From: Octopus vulgaris
Lineage: Eukaryota
Reading direction: 5' to 3'
Assembly: GCA_951406725.2 (NCBI GenBank)
Contig: OX597835.1
Span: 47,802,001 to 47,866,000, forward strand
Length of the DNA stretch: 64,000 nucleotides
The position numbers and the translations under genes are program-made. Below the pieces are notes generated by a model. It saw nothing but the letters and a program-made list of their open reading frames with translations. It did no database searches and was not told where the DNA came from. Each line of letters starts with the position of its first letter. Position 1 is the stretch's first letter. Below, one piece after another: positions 1-14,261 of the stretch.

Positions 1-31
<31 letters not shown>

Positions 32-826
32 GAGAGAGAGAGAAAGAGAGAGAGTGAGAGAGAGAGAGTGAGTGAGAGAGAAGAGGCGAGAGAGAGGGAA
101 AGAGAGAGACAGAGACAGGGAGGGGCAGAAAGATATATAAAGTGTTTGCCAGATACCAAGATAGGTACGTAGATTAAACGATATCTAATACATATCCAGT
201 CTTTGTGCCATACGGTTCAAATTTAGAATTTTTTTCGAAATTTTCTCGTTGATTCTTTTAATATCAGCAACTTTAAAGATCGTTCTGATACAAAAATATT
301 GCTACAACATTACCACGACTACCAACACAAACAACAGCATTAAAAATCGCTGTCGCCATCTCCACCGCCACTTACGTTTCAGACGAAGCACTTCGGCCTC
401 CCCCATTTTCTGCTGGGCGCCATTTCTTCTCCAATGTTTGTTGAAACGCTGGCTCAACAAACGCAACCATTATTGAAAGTCAAACGATAGACGTGACCTT
501 AGAAACTTCTTATTGAAGATCGAAGTCGGCGGCGGTGTGGAGGTGGGTTGAATGGTTTTCGGGGAGATGTTTTGTCTTCGTAACAAAGGGGTTTCAATAG
601 AAGATAAAAATATAACGAACATAAAAAATGCCATGTCTACAACATCAACAATATTTAGTGTATCTTCGGAATCTTCGAAACTAAAGGTTATAAAAACTGC
701 AGTTATATCTGATAGTTTCCGCATGTTTACACATACATACGTACATAACTACATACAAGCATACACACACACAAACACACACTACATAAGAGAAAGAGGA
801 AATGAGAATCACCATTTTCTTACATG

Positions 827-871
<45 letters not shown>

Positions 872-967
872 CATATGTAAGTATCTATGTACATACATAC
901 ATACATATATACATACATACATACATATATATATATGCATATATATTTCTCTTTCATTTTTTACACG

Positions 968-1325
968 TTTCAGTTATTTAACTGCGGCCATGCAGGAGCA
1001 CCGGTCTATAAAATTTTAGTCGGAAAAATCGACCCCAAGACCTACTCATTGTAAGTCTAGTATTAATTCTATCGGTCTCCTTTTGTCGAACGGGGACATA
1101 AACACACCAACATCGGTTGTCAAGCGGTGGTGGGGAGACAAAGACAGACACAAAAGACACATACACATAAATATATATACGACAGGCTTCTTTCAGTTTC
1201 CGTCTATGAAATCCACTCACAAGTATTTATTTGGCCTGAGGAAATAGTAGAATACACTTGCTGAAGGTGGCCACACAGTGGGACTGAACCCGGAACCATA
1301 CGGTTCTTACCACACTGCCACGCAC
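968..1325 (-). mobile_element. tRNA-derived SINE (family A), near full length
   Basis: Reverse complement of the 54500-54905 copy: tail 'ctgcggccatgcaggagcacc', middle 'ttctttcagtttccgtctatgaaatccactcacaag', head 'cacacagtgggactgaacccggaacc'. Confidence 0.8.
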
Positions 1326-1375
1326 ATATCTATATATATATAATATGTATATATACATACATACATACACACACT

Positions 1376-1430
<55 letters not shown>

Positions 1431-1647
1431 TATATATATATATATAACAATTACAAACCGCATACGCACATCAACACACATATGCATACATACAAACACA
1501 TAAACAGGCGTATGATTGTTGTAAGTATATATGTGTGTGTGTATGTGTGTGTGTCGACACACAGACACACAGGCATATTTATGTGTATTTCTACTTACAT
1601 ATTTATATATACATACACAGAACCGTTCTGGTTACGTGATTACAGAC

Positions 1648-1700
<53 letters not shown>

Positions 1701-1812
1701 CATATACATGTATGCATATATATAAGTACGCATCATCATATGCATATATCATATATATCTACACACGTTAAGATAGTTACATGCATATAAATATATTATG
1801 CGCTTGCCTGTA

Positions 1813-1844
<32 letters not shown>

Positions 1845-2599
1845 TAAAAGAGAGAGAGAGAGAAAGAGAGAGACTGTGTGCTGAAGATTAACAGAACCAC
1901 ATGGCATGAAAGCAGTCGGTGGGGGAACATGTTTCAATTCCAATGTTTGTACAAGGTTCTTTGATGAAAAGTTCAGTGGAGCCTAGTGTGGTACAGCTAC
2001 GAGAACCTGACCATTAGCAACGGTGCCGACCATTATGGCGTGAGAGATCAATCACCAAGACAAAGAACCTCTTTCGGCTCTCATGTGTTTTCGCTCCTCT
2101 CCCTTTTCGAAGTAGAATAACATAAATTACATGTTTCACCTCTACCACTGATTCAACATCTATCAATGACTGACACCCTATTTGGAGCATTAACATTTTA
2201 GAAATAACAGCTAAATACTCCTCAAACACATCTTTCATTGTCTTAAACAAGGTAGGACATGTTTAACGTTCAACTTGCTAGAAATAGCAGGTAATGTTAC
2301 TCACTAAATGAACAGCAATAATAACAGAAACATGTATGTGTACAGAAAAGGTGCAATGGGCGAATTGTCCACATTTTATTTTTTTTAATTTCACGCATGC
2401 GCATCGTTTGCTTTTGATTTTTGTCGGCTACACAATACTGTTGGGCACCGTCTGTGAGAAAAACAGCCCCATAAGGCAATTCACTCTGCCAGAAATTTGG
2501 AAATGACATGTTGTATTGCTTGGTATTCGCGCCGGAAGGTCCAATACGAACATTTCGCAGTGTTTGGGTGTCAATCTGAGGACATGAACTGAGAGTGAT

Positions 2600-3170
2600 A
2601 AAAATCAAACACCCAGTCAACATTATGGTGTTTGGAGTGATCACTAGTAATGGCGATGTTACGCCTCCATTCATCTTCCCACACGACCTTCACGGAGGCC
2701 TACATCAAGTGCCTGGAGGAGGTAGTGCTGTCCTGCGTGAAGAGGGTCCCGGAAGACCCTATGTCTGGTAACAGGTCTCTGCACCATGCCACACAAGCAG
2801 AAGAATCCAGTCATGGCTGTCAGACAATTTCAGAGGTCACCTAATTCCCTAGACAGTAATACTCTTCATTACTAAGTGTGGGATGCAGTTGAGTGAGAGA
2901 TCAACAAAACTCCTTGTGACACAAAAGATGAACTGAAGGTAATGATTATGGCAGCATTCATCAACTTAAACAAGAAGACCGTCGAGAAGAGTTGGAGGAG
3001 ATTCGGAAGCCGTGGTTTGGAGACAACGGCGACTTTATTCAATAAATTTACTCTATAGTATTTCAAAATATTTTAATGTAATTTTGGTAAACATTTCTGT
3101 TAAAATATGATGTCAGTGTTATTTTCATTCTTGCGTTATTTAGACGACAATTTATTCAACGTACCCTCTA
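2600..3170 (+). mobile_element. Tc1/mariner (maT/DD37D-like) transposase pseudogene, 3' part
   Basis: Broken frames read KHPVNIMVFGVITSNGDVTPPFIFP, YIKCLEEVVL, (Q)VSAPCHTSRRIQSWL and a PNS.D..L.Y.VW-like box. Ends in 'accctctata'. Confidence 0.7.
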
Positions 3171-3869
3171 TACATACATACAAACATGGTGGCTGCCCCC
3201 TCGTTATCGAGTATGGCCATTGCACGAAGCTTAATCAATGTTTTTATCATGCAATGCCTGTGCAAGAAGACTTTTTTTTCAAAGTGAGGAAAGGCTGTGC
3301 ACTGAGTCGATCCCACTCACTAAGCAACAGCAGCCATAATCCGAAAAGAAGAACAAGTCAACATCATCGGTAACCCCTGAGCCGCAGATTTTATGTCGGA
3401 GTTATCCCAGTTACCTGAGTCACCTTCTCCTAGAAGGATGCCCTAACAAATGCTAGGAGTCCTTCACTCCCAATGGTTTAGCCGCGCGATCGGGTATTCA
3501 GTCCGATTATTTCTATGTCCCCGCGCATACAAACATACATACATACATGCATACATGCATATGTACATACATACACATACATATATTTATATATATATAT
3601 ACATACACATACACACACTCACACACGTGTGTGTCAAGGAAGAGTAAAACCGTACCAGTGGATGCCAATAGCATCAAGAATAACAACATTCGTTCTATTC
3701 TATGCATAAAGCCTGAGTTGAATTACATTGCCCTGCTCCCCTCAGCACACAACTGGTACTTATTTTATCGACCCGGAAACGATGGGCTGGACCTCGGTGG
3801 AATTTGAACTCATAACGTCAAGATGGAGGAAATGCTGCATAGTAATTTCCTCGGCGTGCCAATGATAAT

Positions 3870-4295
3870 AGTAATGATGATGACAATGTTGATGATGTTG
3901 AGGGTGATGACGATGATGTTCATGATGATGATGATGGTGATGATGCTGTTGATGATGATGATGATGATGTTGAGGGTGATGACGATGATGTTCATGATGA
4001 TGATGATGGTGGTGATGCTGTTGATGATGATGATGATGATGTTGAGGGTGATGACGATGATGTTCATGATGAGGATGATGGTGGTGATGCTGTTGATGAT
4101 GATGATAATGATGATGATGATGATGATGATGATGTTGGGCAATAACGACGACGACGATGGTGATGTTGTTATCGCCGATGCTGCTGGTGCAATTGTTGTT
4201 GCTGATAATGATAATGATGAAGGTGATGACCGATTCAATGATGATGATGATGTCGACGATGGCGACTATGAGGATAATGTTGATGAGGATGATAA
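3870..4295. repeat. (GAT)n-rich triplet repeat with an internal 69-bp higher-order unit
   Basis: 'gatgttgagggtgatgacgatgatgttcatgatg' occurs three times, 69 bp apart. Confidence 0.85.
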
Positions 4296-4489
4296 TTAAT
4301 GAGATGCTAACAAAAAAAATAAAAAAAAACGGTCGCAATTACAAAAGAATATTTAGAAATATATTTAAAAACTTCAAAAGAAGAATAAAGCAATTTTTAC
4401 TGTTTTAAGATTGTTTTTGGGTTCAGGTTATTGTGTTTTCCTTTTTTTTTTGTTAATTTAATTTTTCATGTTGTGTAAAATTAAGTGCA

Positions 4490-4521
4490 TATGTATGTAT
4501 GTATGTATGTAAGTATGTATG

Positions 4522-4552
<31 letters not shown>

Positions 4553-5344
4553 GTATGTATGTATGTATGTATGTATGTATATATGTTTGTATGTGTGTAT
4601 GAATGTATGTATGTGTGTATGTATGTATGTATGTATGTATGTGTGTGTACGTATGTATGTATGTATGTTTGTGTGCATGTATGTATGTATGGATATGTGT
4701 GTGTGTATGTATGTATGTGTGTGTATGAATGTATGTATGTATATATTATGTATGTATGTATGTATGTATGTATGTGTGTATGTATGTATGTATGTGTGTG
4801 TGTATGTATGTATGTGTATATATGTATGTATGTATGTATGTTTGTGTGTATGTATGTATGTGTGTATGTATGTATGTGTGTATGTATGTATGAAAGTATA
4901 TATAATGTACGTATTGATATACGAATGAACGTATAGATGTATGAATGAATATATATATATATATATATATATATACACCTACTTATATATACAATCGTAC
5001 ATATGGGTACACACACATACATACACACATATGTATATATATATAACTATGTATTCTCACACCGATACATATGTATATTATATATCATATATATGTGTTT
5101 GTATATGTATATATCTCTCCTTATCTGTATGTATAAATATACATATACTTACACACACACACACACACATATGAGAGAGAGAGAGAGAGAGACAGAGAGA
5201 CAGAGACAGAAAAGAGACAAAGAGATAGATAGACAGATTGATAGATACATAGATAAATAGATTGATAGATTGATTAATTGATTGATAGGTAGATAGATGG
5301 ATAGATTGATAGACAGATAGACTGAGTGATAGATAGATAGATTT

Positions 5345-5407
<63 letters not shown>

Positions 5408-5465
5408 CATACATACATACATACATACATACATACATACATACATACATACATACATACATACA
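4490..5465. repeat. Compound microsatellite (TATG)n/(TA)n/(GATA)n/(TACA)n
   Basis: Seen directly. Confidence 0.95.
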
Positions 5466-7059
5466 TTGGGAGAGAGAGAGAGTGTGTGTGTGTGAGAGAA
5501 ACAGAGAATAATGAATTTTCCATTTTGGTTGGTAAATGATTTGATTGTGAGACAATGAAAATTGAGTTTGTATATGTATGTAGGTTTGTACGTAAACTAA
5601 AACACCACATACACACACACACATACACTCACGTGAGAGTTCTGTAGATATCTGTTTATAAACATACGTATATTTATACGTGTTCATATTTACGTATTTA
5701 TCCTTATGTATATGCGTATGTATATTGTGTATAAAAATACACGTATGTATATGCACATACATATACAAACATATACATATGTATGCATATATATATACAT
5801 ATATATGAATATATACATACAACATATATATACACACACGCACATATATATAAATATAATACAATATATATACATATATACGCATGCATGCAATACTACA
5901 TATATATATATGAGTGGAGTGTGGTGTACCCATTATGTACTCTGTTGCCTTATTACCGATAGATGGCGCTGTTTTAATACATTTGAAAACGAAAATATTT
6001 TAAGTCGCCTGCAGTAGAATGCACTAATAAATAAGAGAGGATTGTCTAAATTAGGTGAAGGCGGTGGCTCCATTGGTTGTGGCGGTGGAGGTAGTGGTGG
6101 TGGTAATGTTGTTGTTATTGTTGTTGTTAGGGCTGTGGTGGTGGAGTTTGTTATTGCGTTCTTGGTGGTAGTGATGGAGATGGCGGTCGAAGTCATCGTA
6201 GTGGTGATGGCGGTAACAATGTGGTAGTTTTGATGGTGATGGAAGTGGTGATCGTGGCGATGCTCCTGCTAGCTTTAGCTGTGGCAGTAGTGATATTGGA
6301 TAATGGTTGTGGTGGTAGTGATAGTAGTGCTGGTTGTAGTGGTGGTGGTGGTGGTAAGATATGTACCATCTATGTACTGAGGTCGATACTATCCACTTAT
6401 CTCCCCCCCCCCAACATTTCTAGCCTTGTGCCAAAATCGCAAACTACTATTTATACAATCATTATTTCCATGTTTATAATTAATGGTTAGTGTTAGGGTT
6501 AGGGTTATAATATCAACGGTTTATACGTATGGCTTATATTCACCTGAAAGGGGCTTAGAGCAATTGTCAATACTTTTTGCAGGCGCTCCCAGAATGGCCC
6601 AACCAATCACTGATGTCTAACTTGAATAGGCAGAGTCAAGGACCTTTGCAGACACTTCCACTACCGTGAGTTCAACTCAGTCATTCTTGGAGAAGCGGTG
6701 TCTAGGGCCTTTGCAGGTTCTCTCGCAATTTCTTAGTTAAAGATATTCGATGCCTAACTTGGAAGGATAATGTCCAGGACCTTTACAGGCCCTCCATTTC
6801 AGTGCAGCTCCTTCGAATACGGTTAATGTCAAACTTGAGGAAGCAGCGGGAAGGGCCTTTGCAGATTCTAGGATTTCTCAGACTGGGATAGATAACGTCT
6901 CACTTGCGATACGCGGTGAGGCGAGAGCGGCGCCCAGCACATTTGCTGACTCTCCGAGAATACTCAAATCAACATAAGTAATAAACAGTTTGTAGAGGTG
7001 GTACCTAAGGTATTGGCAGACCCTCTTAGTATCGTCAGATAATTATAGATGATTTAAAG

Positions 7060-8589
<1,530 letters not shown>

Positions 8590-8599
8590 TATAATAAGA

Positions 8600-9050
8600 A
8601 TAATAACCGGATATTATCATAAAAGATCAGACAAAAAGGATGTGTTTATTAATTGACATGAGTATTCCTTGCGATCACAATATCGCGGCGAAAGAATTTG
8701 ACAAGATTAGTAAATATAAAGACTTGCTGATAGAAATTGAAAAAATGAGGCATCTCAAGGCGACTACAGTACCAGTGATTGTAGGATCTCCAGGAATGAT
8801 AAAAAAAGGTACTAATTGAAAATGATATCAGGCTTACCATCCCTACAGGAAGTACAAAACATCGTGTTAACTGGAACGGCTCATGTACTGAGAAGAACAT
8901 TACTGCTGTGAAAACAACATCAATTCATGAATTTATTTATTCATTAATTTGCGTGTAATCTGGGAATGCATACAATGAGCTTCTCTGCCCTAGGTGTACG
9001 GAAAACACTCGGCGACAAACAGAAGAAAATTTGAAGAAGAAAAAATAATA
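8600..9050 (+). mobile_element. R4/Dong-like LINE 3' fragment (RLE domain + 3' UTR)
   Basis: IDMSIPCDHNIAAKEFDKISKYKDLLIEIEKM..VPVIVG..GTAHVLRR. Starts after (TAA)n and ends in 'aataataat'. Confidence 0.8.
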
Positions 9051-9689
9051 ATGCTGAAGAACAAGAGGAAACTTTTCAGTTGCAGGATAAGAAAAAGAGA
9101 GAGAAAAAGGAAAGAAACAAAAGCAACACATTTAAAATAGGAATTTGTGAGAAAGAGAGAGAAAGAGAAAGAGAAATAAGATGGCGAAGAGGTTGGAGAT
9201 GGAAAAACTGAATTTATGTAGAACGAGAAATATAGGAAAGAAAAAAGAAAAAGAAATGAAAGAAAGAAAGAAAGAAAGAATGACTGAATGAATGGAAGAT
9301 GCAGACAACAAAGAAGGAAGGAAGGAAAGAAAAATGACAGACAGAACGAAAGAAATAAATATGGAAAGAAAAGTAGAATTGGAAGGAATAAATGAAACAA
9401 AACGAAAGAAAATAATATAGAAAGAAATAGAAAAAGATAAGAAGAAAAATATAAAGAGAAGAAAGAAGATAAGGAAAGGTGATGTGGTATGATGGAATGG
9501 TGGCGGTGGTGTTGCTGTGACGTTCCCTTATGGTTTGTTGTATGATGACAAACCTTTCATCGCTGTCATCAAATGTTTGTTGTTAAGGGGGTTAATTCCT
9601 GTTTGTCATCTACACGTCCGCCATCATCCTATTAGGACGCCATTACTATTGCAGTTCCCCCCTGTATGTTTGGTCTTCTCGTTCTTCCA

Positions 9690-9693
9690 TGTT

Positions 9694-9742
<49 letters not shown>

Positions 9743-10115
9743 GGTACTGGTACTGCTACTGCTGCTGCTGCTGCTACTACTACTACTACTACTACTATTA
9801 CTACTACTACTACGACGACGACGACGACGACGACGATGGCGACGTCCACCACCACCACTGCCGCCGTTATTACAACAACCACAATCACCACTAGTGTAAA
9901 CAATACACCACCACTACTGTCACCACCACCACCACCACCACCACAAAGCACTGTCCCACCGTCGACACTATAACCACCACCACCATCACCAGTACCCACA
10001 TCAGAGCTAACAACACAAACACTACTACCCACACCAGCGCAATCACTATATGTACCACTACCGCCGCCAATACGATCAATAGCACAAGAAGTTCCACCAC
10101 CACAGCAGCAGCAGC

Positions 10116-10147
<32 letters not shown>

Positions 10148-10414
10148 CACTACCAAACACCTCCACTACTGCTCTCTACTACGAAAACTCTCCACCACCA
10201 CCACCACCACCACCACCACTGCTGCCACCACCATACTTGGACGTTTGGAAAGGTGAATGTTCGCTTTAACCGGATTAGAAGAAGATAGAAGAAAGAAATT
10301 CTTTGAAAAGAGTTGGGCGAGGACAGGGCGACTTCTGCTCAACGGAGAGTCGTCGTTTCTGTTAACATCCTCCTCCTCCTCCTCCTCACCATCATGGCTG
10401 TTGCCGCCACCACC

Positions 10415-10480
<66 letters not shown>

Positions 10481-10585
10481 GTCATCGTCATCGTCATCGT
10501 CGTCGTTGTAGCATCGTCTTCATCCCCCTCCTCCTCCTCCTCCTCCTCCTCCTCCCCATCATCATCATCTTCATCATCATCAACG

Positions 10586-10620
<35 letters not shown>

Positions 10621-10741
10621 GTCATCGTCGTCGTTGTAGCATCGTCTTCCTCCTCCTCCTTCTCCTCATCCCCATCATCATCATCTTCATCATCATCAAC
10701 GTCATCATCATCATCGTCACCGTCGTCATCGTATCTTCTTC

Positions 10742-10774
<33 letters not shown>

Positions 10775-11175
10775 GTCACCGTCATCGTTATCGTCGTCGT
10801 TGTAGCATCGTCTTCATCCTCCTCCTCCTCTTCATCCCCATCATCATCATCATCATCATCAACGTCATCATCATCATCGTCACCGTCGTCATCGTATCTT
10901 CATCATCATCATCATCGTTGTCGTCGTCATCATCATCGTTGTCGTCGTCATCATAATCGTTATCGTCGTCGTCATCATCATCATCTCTAACAATACAACC
11001 ACCACAATTATCCTCTTCATCATGATCATCGCCGAAGTTGTCATCAACATAGTCGTTGCCGTCACCATTTTTTCTTTCCTGTTTTTTTTTTTATACCCAA
11101 CATCATTGTTCACCATCTTCAAAGTCACCAAACGTTATAATCACATGACCATATGCATTTCCAGTCTTATTGACG

Positions 11176-11206
<31 letters not shown>

Positions 11207-11250
11207 AATCATCATCATCATCATCATCATCATCGTCATCATCATCATAT
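9690..11250. repeat. Low-complexity triplet region (CTA/CAC/CAT/CCT/CGT)n
   Basis: Seen directly, with a recurring block 'gtcgtcgttgtagcatcgtcttc'. Confidence 0.9.
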
Positions 11251-11745
11251 TTCTCATCTTTCGTTCTCAACAGCATTATTATAAGAATCCTCTTCATCCC
11301 CAATGTAATAGCATCATCGCAGAAAACAAGTTATTGATATTTCGAATTATTGCGCATGCTGGAATCGCCTTGTAAGAAAAATATTTGTTAAAGGGTTAAA
11401 CATTGAAATTTCAAAACCGACAGAGAATATTGCAAAAGTAGACCAACAAACGTATACTCAGACAGTTGAAATATTTACAGAAGTGATAAATACACGAAAT
11501 ATTTGTAGAAAAAACACATACGTAAGAAAGATATACACGGAAATATATATACGAGAAAAATGTGAAACAGACAGGAATCGCGCGTATTGGAACATTGGGT
11601 ATATCTATATCTTTTTTTCTGTGTTTATTTCACCTATATATCCGTACGAAAACGCAAAGAATATATACATACACACAAACATATATACAAAAAACATATG
11701 CGCGCACACACATACAATATATATATTGTATTTATAAATATAAAT

Positions 11746-11805
<60 letters not shown>

Positions 11806-12543
11806 ATATATATGTTAACGAGCAAAACACCCCCCGTCCAATGGACGGTGCTGAGTTGTCAAACATTTAAACCAAATTTTCTCAAAACAACTTGTCCAAC
11901 CGTCCAATAGGCCACCCCTTTGAGAAACACTGATTTAACCGAAATTTGAGACACCAGGAAAAGAAGAAATAAAGATAGACTTTTTTTTCTATTCCAAAGA
12001 AAAACGATTTTATTCAAACAAATATGCAACCGAAGAGTTTAAAGTACCAGTAATGATAAGGCTGCTGACTGGGAGAACACAAACATGGTTTAAACAGTAA
12101 GCTTGGCAGGAAAGAAACGTGCATTTAAGCAGTACAAAAACAACAAAAAATGGAAAGTGCAGTTATGTACAGGTTGACGGAAGAAAAGCAGGACAAAAAC
12201 GATGCATGCAAATGGGTTAGCTGGAGGTAAATCTAGATGGAAAAGCATGATGAATTTATGAGAACGTACCTGGGACAATAAGTTTAGTGCATTTTTCTCG
12301 TGTATGAGTAGTATCGATCGCAACAGCTGATGTACTTGCGCGTACAAATGCACGTTCCCACGACTTTTTCGATCGCATTCTCACCTGGAATCGATTTTTG
12401 TAATTTTTTCAAGACTTATGCACGCCCTGATACCGTCGGTATGTACATATCAAACTTGAGCGCAATCGGATGGGGGATGCCCGAGATCCTAGAAGACACA
12501 TAGACAGACAGAACGGATTATATATATATATATATATATATAT

Positions 12544-12710
12544 AGGCGCAGGAGTGGCTGTGTTATAAGAAACATAATCTCCAACCACATAGTTCTGGGT
12601 TCAGATCTACTGCGTAGCATCTTGCGCATGTGTCGTATGCTATAGGGAGGGCCGACGGAAGCCCTATCAGTGGGTTTGGCGTACGAAAACTGAAAGAAGC
12701 CCAACGTATA
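12544..12710 (+). mobile_element. SINE family A, 5' half
   Basis: Head 'aggcgcaggagtggctgtg' through 'gaaaactgaaagaagccc'. Confidence 0.75.
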
Positions 12711-12730
12711 TGTATGTATATATGTATATG

Positions 12731-12794
<64 letters not shown>

Positions 12795-12865
12795 TATATA
12801 TATATTTTTTTTTCCTATAATATTTTTTCCTCTGTCTTCCCTTCTTGGGATCTTTCCTTCTCCTT

Positions 12866-12900
12866 GTTTCCGACGAAGAGCTCCACTCGAAACGTTAAAC
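12866..12900 (+). ncRNA. Minimal hammerhead-like motif (variant core CCGACGA) in a short PLE-pLTR-like element (~12810-13010)
   Basis: gttt-CCGACGA-a-gagc tcc actc-GAAA-cg-tt-aaac. A related fragment lies on the minus strand at ~53912-54003. Confidence 0.5.
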
Positions 12901-13011
12901 CCTCCTTCCCTTCTTTCCTGAGCGTCAAATAATACTTTAATTGTTCCACGTCCTCGCGTTACTGTGTTTTTTTCTCTTTTTTTTCTGTGTTTTCTTGTTT
13001 GGATAAACTTT

Positions 13012-13066
<55 letters not shown>

Positions 13067-13392
13067 AAAATAGTAAAGTGTGAAAAAACGACAGAAGGCT
13101 TAAATGTTAAAAAATATATATATTTGTGTCAAAATGTCTGGAGAATATTGGAAAAATTTTTTTTTCCCTTTCCTTAAAATGACATAATTTTAAAATTTTT
13201 AAAGAAATTACCGGTTTCGCGTGTAGCTTTTCAAATTTCTTGTGACGTTATGTTTATATTGCATGGAGTTATCGTTGTGTTTATTTCCAGGAGATTTCTA
13301 AATAAGGGGAGGTAGTGAGTGATTTCTGGTCCCTGGTCCCTGGCTAAAAAATGTTGGGTGTAATTTTGTTTGTATGAGTTGTCTGTGAGGTT

Positions 13393-13773
13393 GTGTGGTA
13401 TTCGGTCGACACTAGGATAAGAAATACACCACACACAAATCACTACTACCCCATGAACCAAAACTACTGGTCCCCACCAAACACAAGACAAACGCAAAGA
13501 AACACTATGTCAAGCAACATCCCACATACAAGAAGTTCGAAACAAAAATATTCCCCATACAGAAATTTTACACACACCACAAGCATTAACAACCATAGAT
13601 TCCCACACACACACAACGATCGGAGGCAACAATACCACCACTCCCCCGACCAAATACCACACAACCTCACAGACAACTCATACAAACAAAATTACACCCA
13701 ACATTTTTTAGCCAGGGACCAGGGACACCAGGACACAGGCTGGAACCTAGTAATAAGGAAAAACCGAAGATAA
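13393..13773 (+). CDS. Upstream N/T/H/Q/P-rich ORF of the PLE (5'-truncated by the inversion)
   Basis: ORF track 126 aa. Overlaps the RT frame, which is offset by -1. Confidence 0.4.
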   Translation: MWYSVDTRIRNTPHTNHYYPMNQNYWSPPNTRQTQRNTMSSNIPHTRSSKQKYSPYRNFTHTTSINNHRFPHTHNDRRQQYHHSPDQIPHNLTDNSYKQNYTQHFLARDQGHQDTGWNLVIRKNRR

Positions 13774-14261
13774 TCAATCTTTCAACCAAACCTCTTTCTA
13801 ACATAAAAATTGACATCCTCGCAAAAGGGCTCAAATTTACACCAACTCCACGCAGAGCAAACCTAAATGAACTCAAGGATAATATAACAGAATTTTGCAG
13901 AAAATTAAGACTAGCAGAAGCATCAAACAGTTTCAATACTGAAGATGAATCACTAGTCAAGAACAAAAGTGAACACATCCCACACAGAGGAAGAAATAAA
14001 GATCTTGACGAATTCTGTAACCACATTGAGAACTTCCCCTACCATACTATACATAAACAGAAAGCTAACCCAAATTTTAACACTACACAATGGAAAGAAC
14101 TGATAGAACTCCAAAATGATGAAGATATAACCATTAAGGAAGCGGACAAGGGAAATGCAGTTGTAATAATGGATACATCATACTACAGAAATCTTGTAAT
14201 TTCCTTGCTTGATGAAGACCTACATTATGAAAAAATTACCAACTACACCCCACAAAAATAA
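13590..14261 (+). CDS. PLE polyprotein N-terminal region (not in ORF track; no early ATG)
   Basis: Manual translation: KIINLSTKPLSNIKIDILAKGLKFTPTP...EFCRKLRL...ITIKEADKGNAVVIMD, typical Penelope pre-RT motifs. Joins the next ORF via a 1-nt shift in an A-run at ~14255-14260. Confidence 0.85.

Noticed and set aside
3760-4408. Poly-His/poly-Met proteins
   Set aside because: (GAT)n repeat translations.
6486-6507. TTAGGG telomere-like repeat
   Set aside because: Only 2-3 imperfect units.
6570-7030. CRISPR-like repeat-spacer appearance
   Set aside because: Eukaryotic context, repeats short and degenerate, irregular spacing, no cas genes.
10160-10500. Minus-strand acidic open frame (EEEEDVNRNDDSPLSRSRP...)
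   Set aside because: Embedded in triplet repeats, with no clear splice sites or homology.
11825-11935. hAT-like terminus (revcomp CAGTGTTTCTCAAA)
   Set aside because: Only one end found, no partner TIR or TSD.
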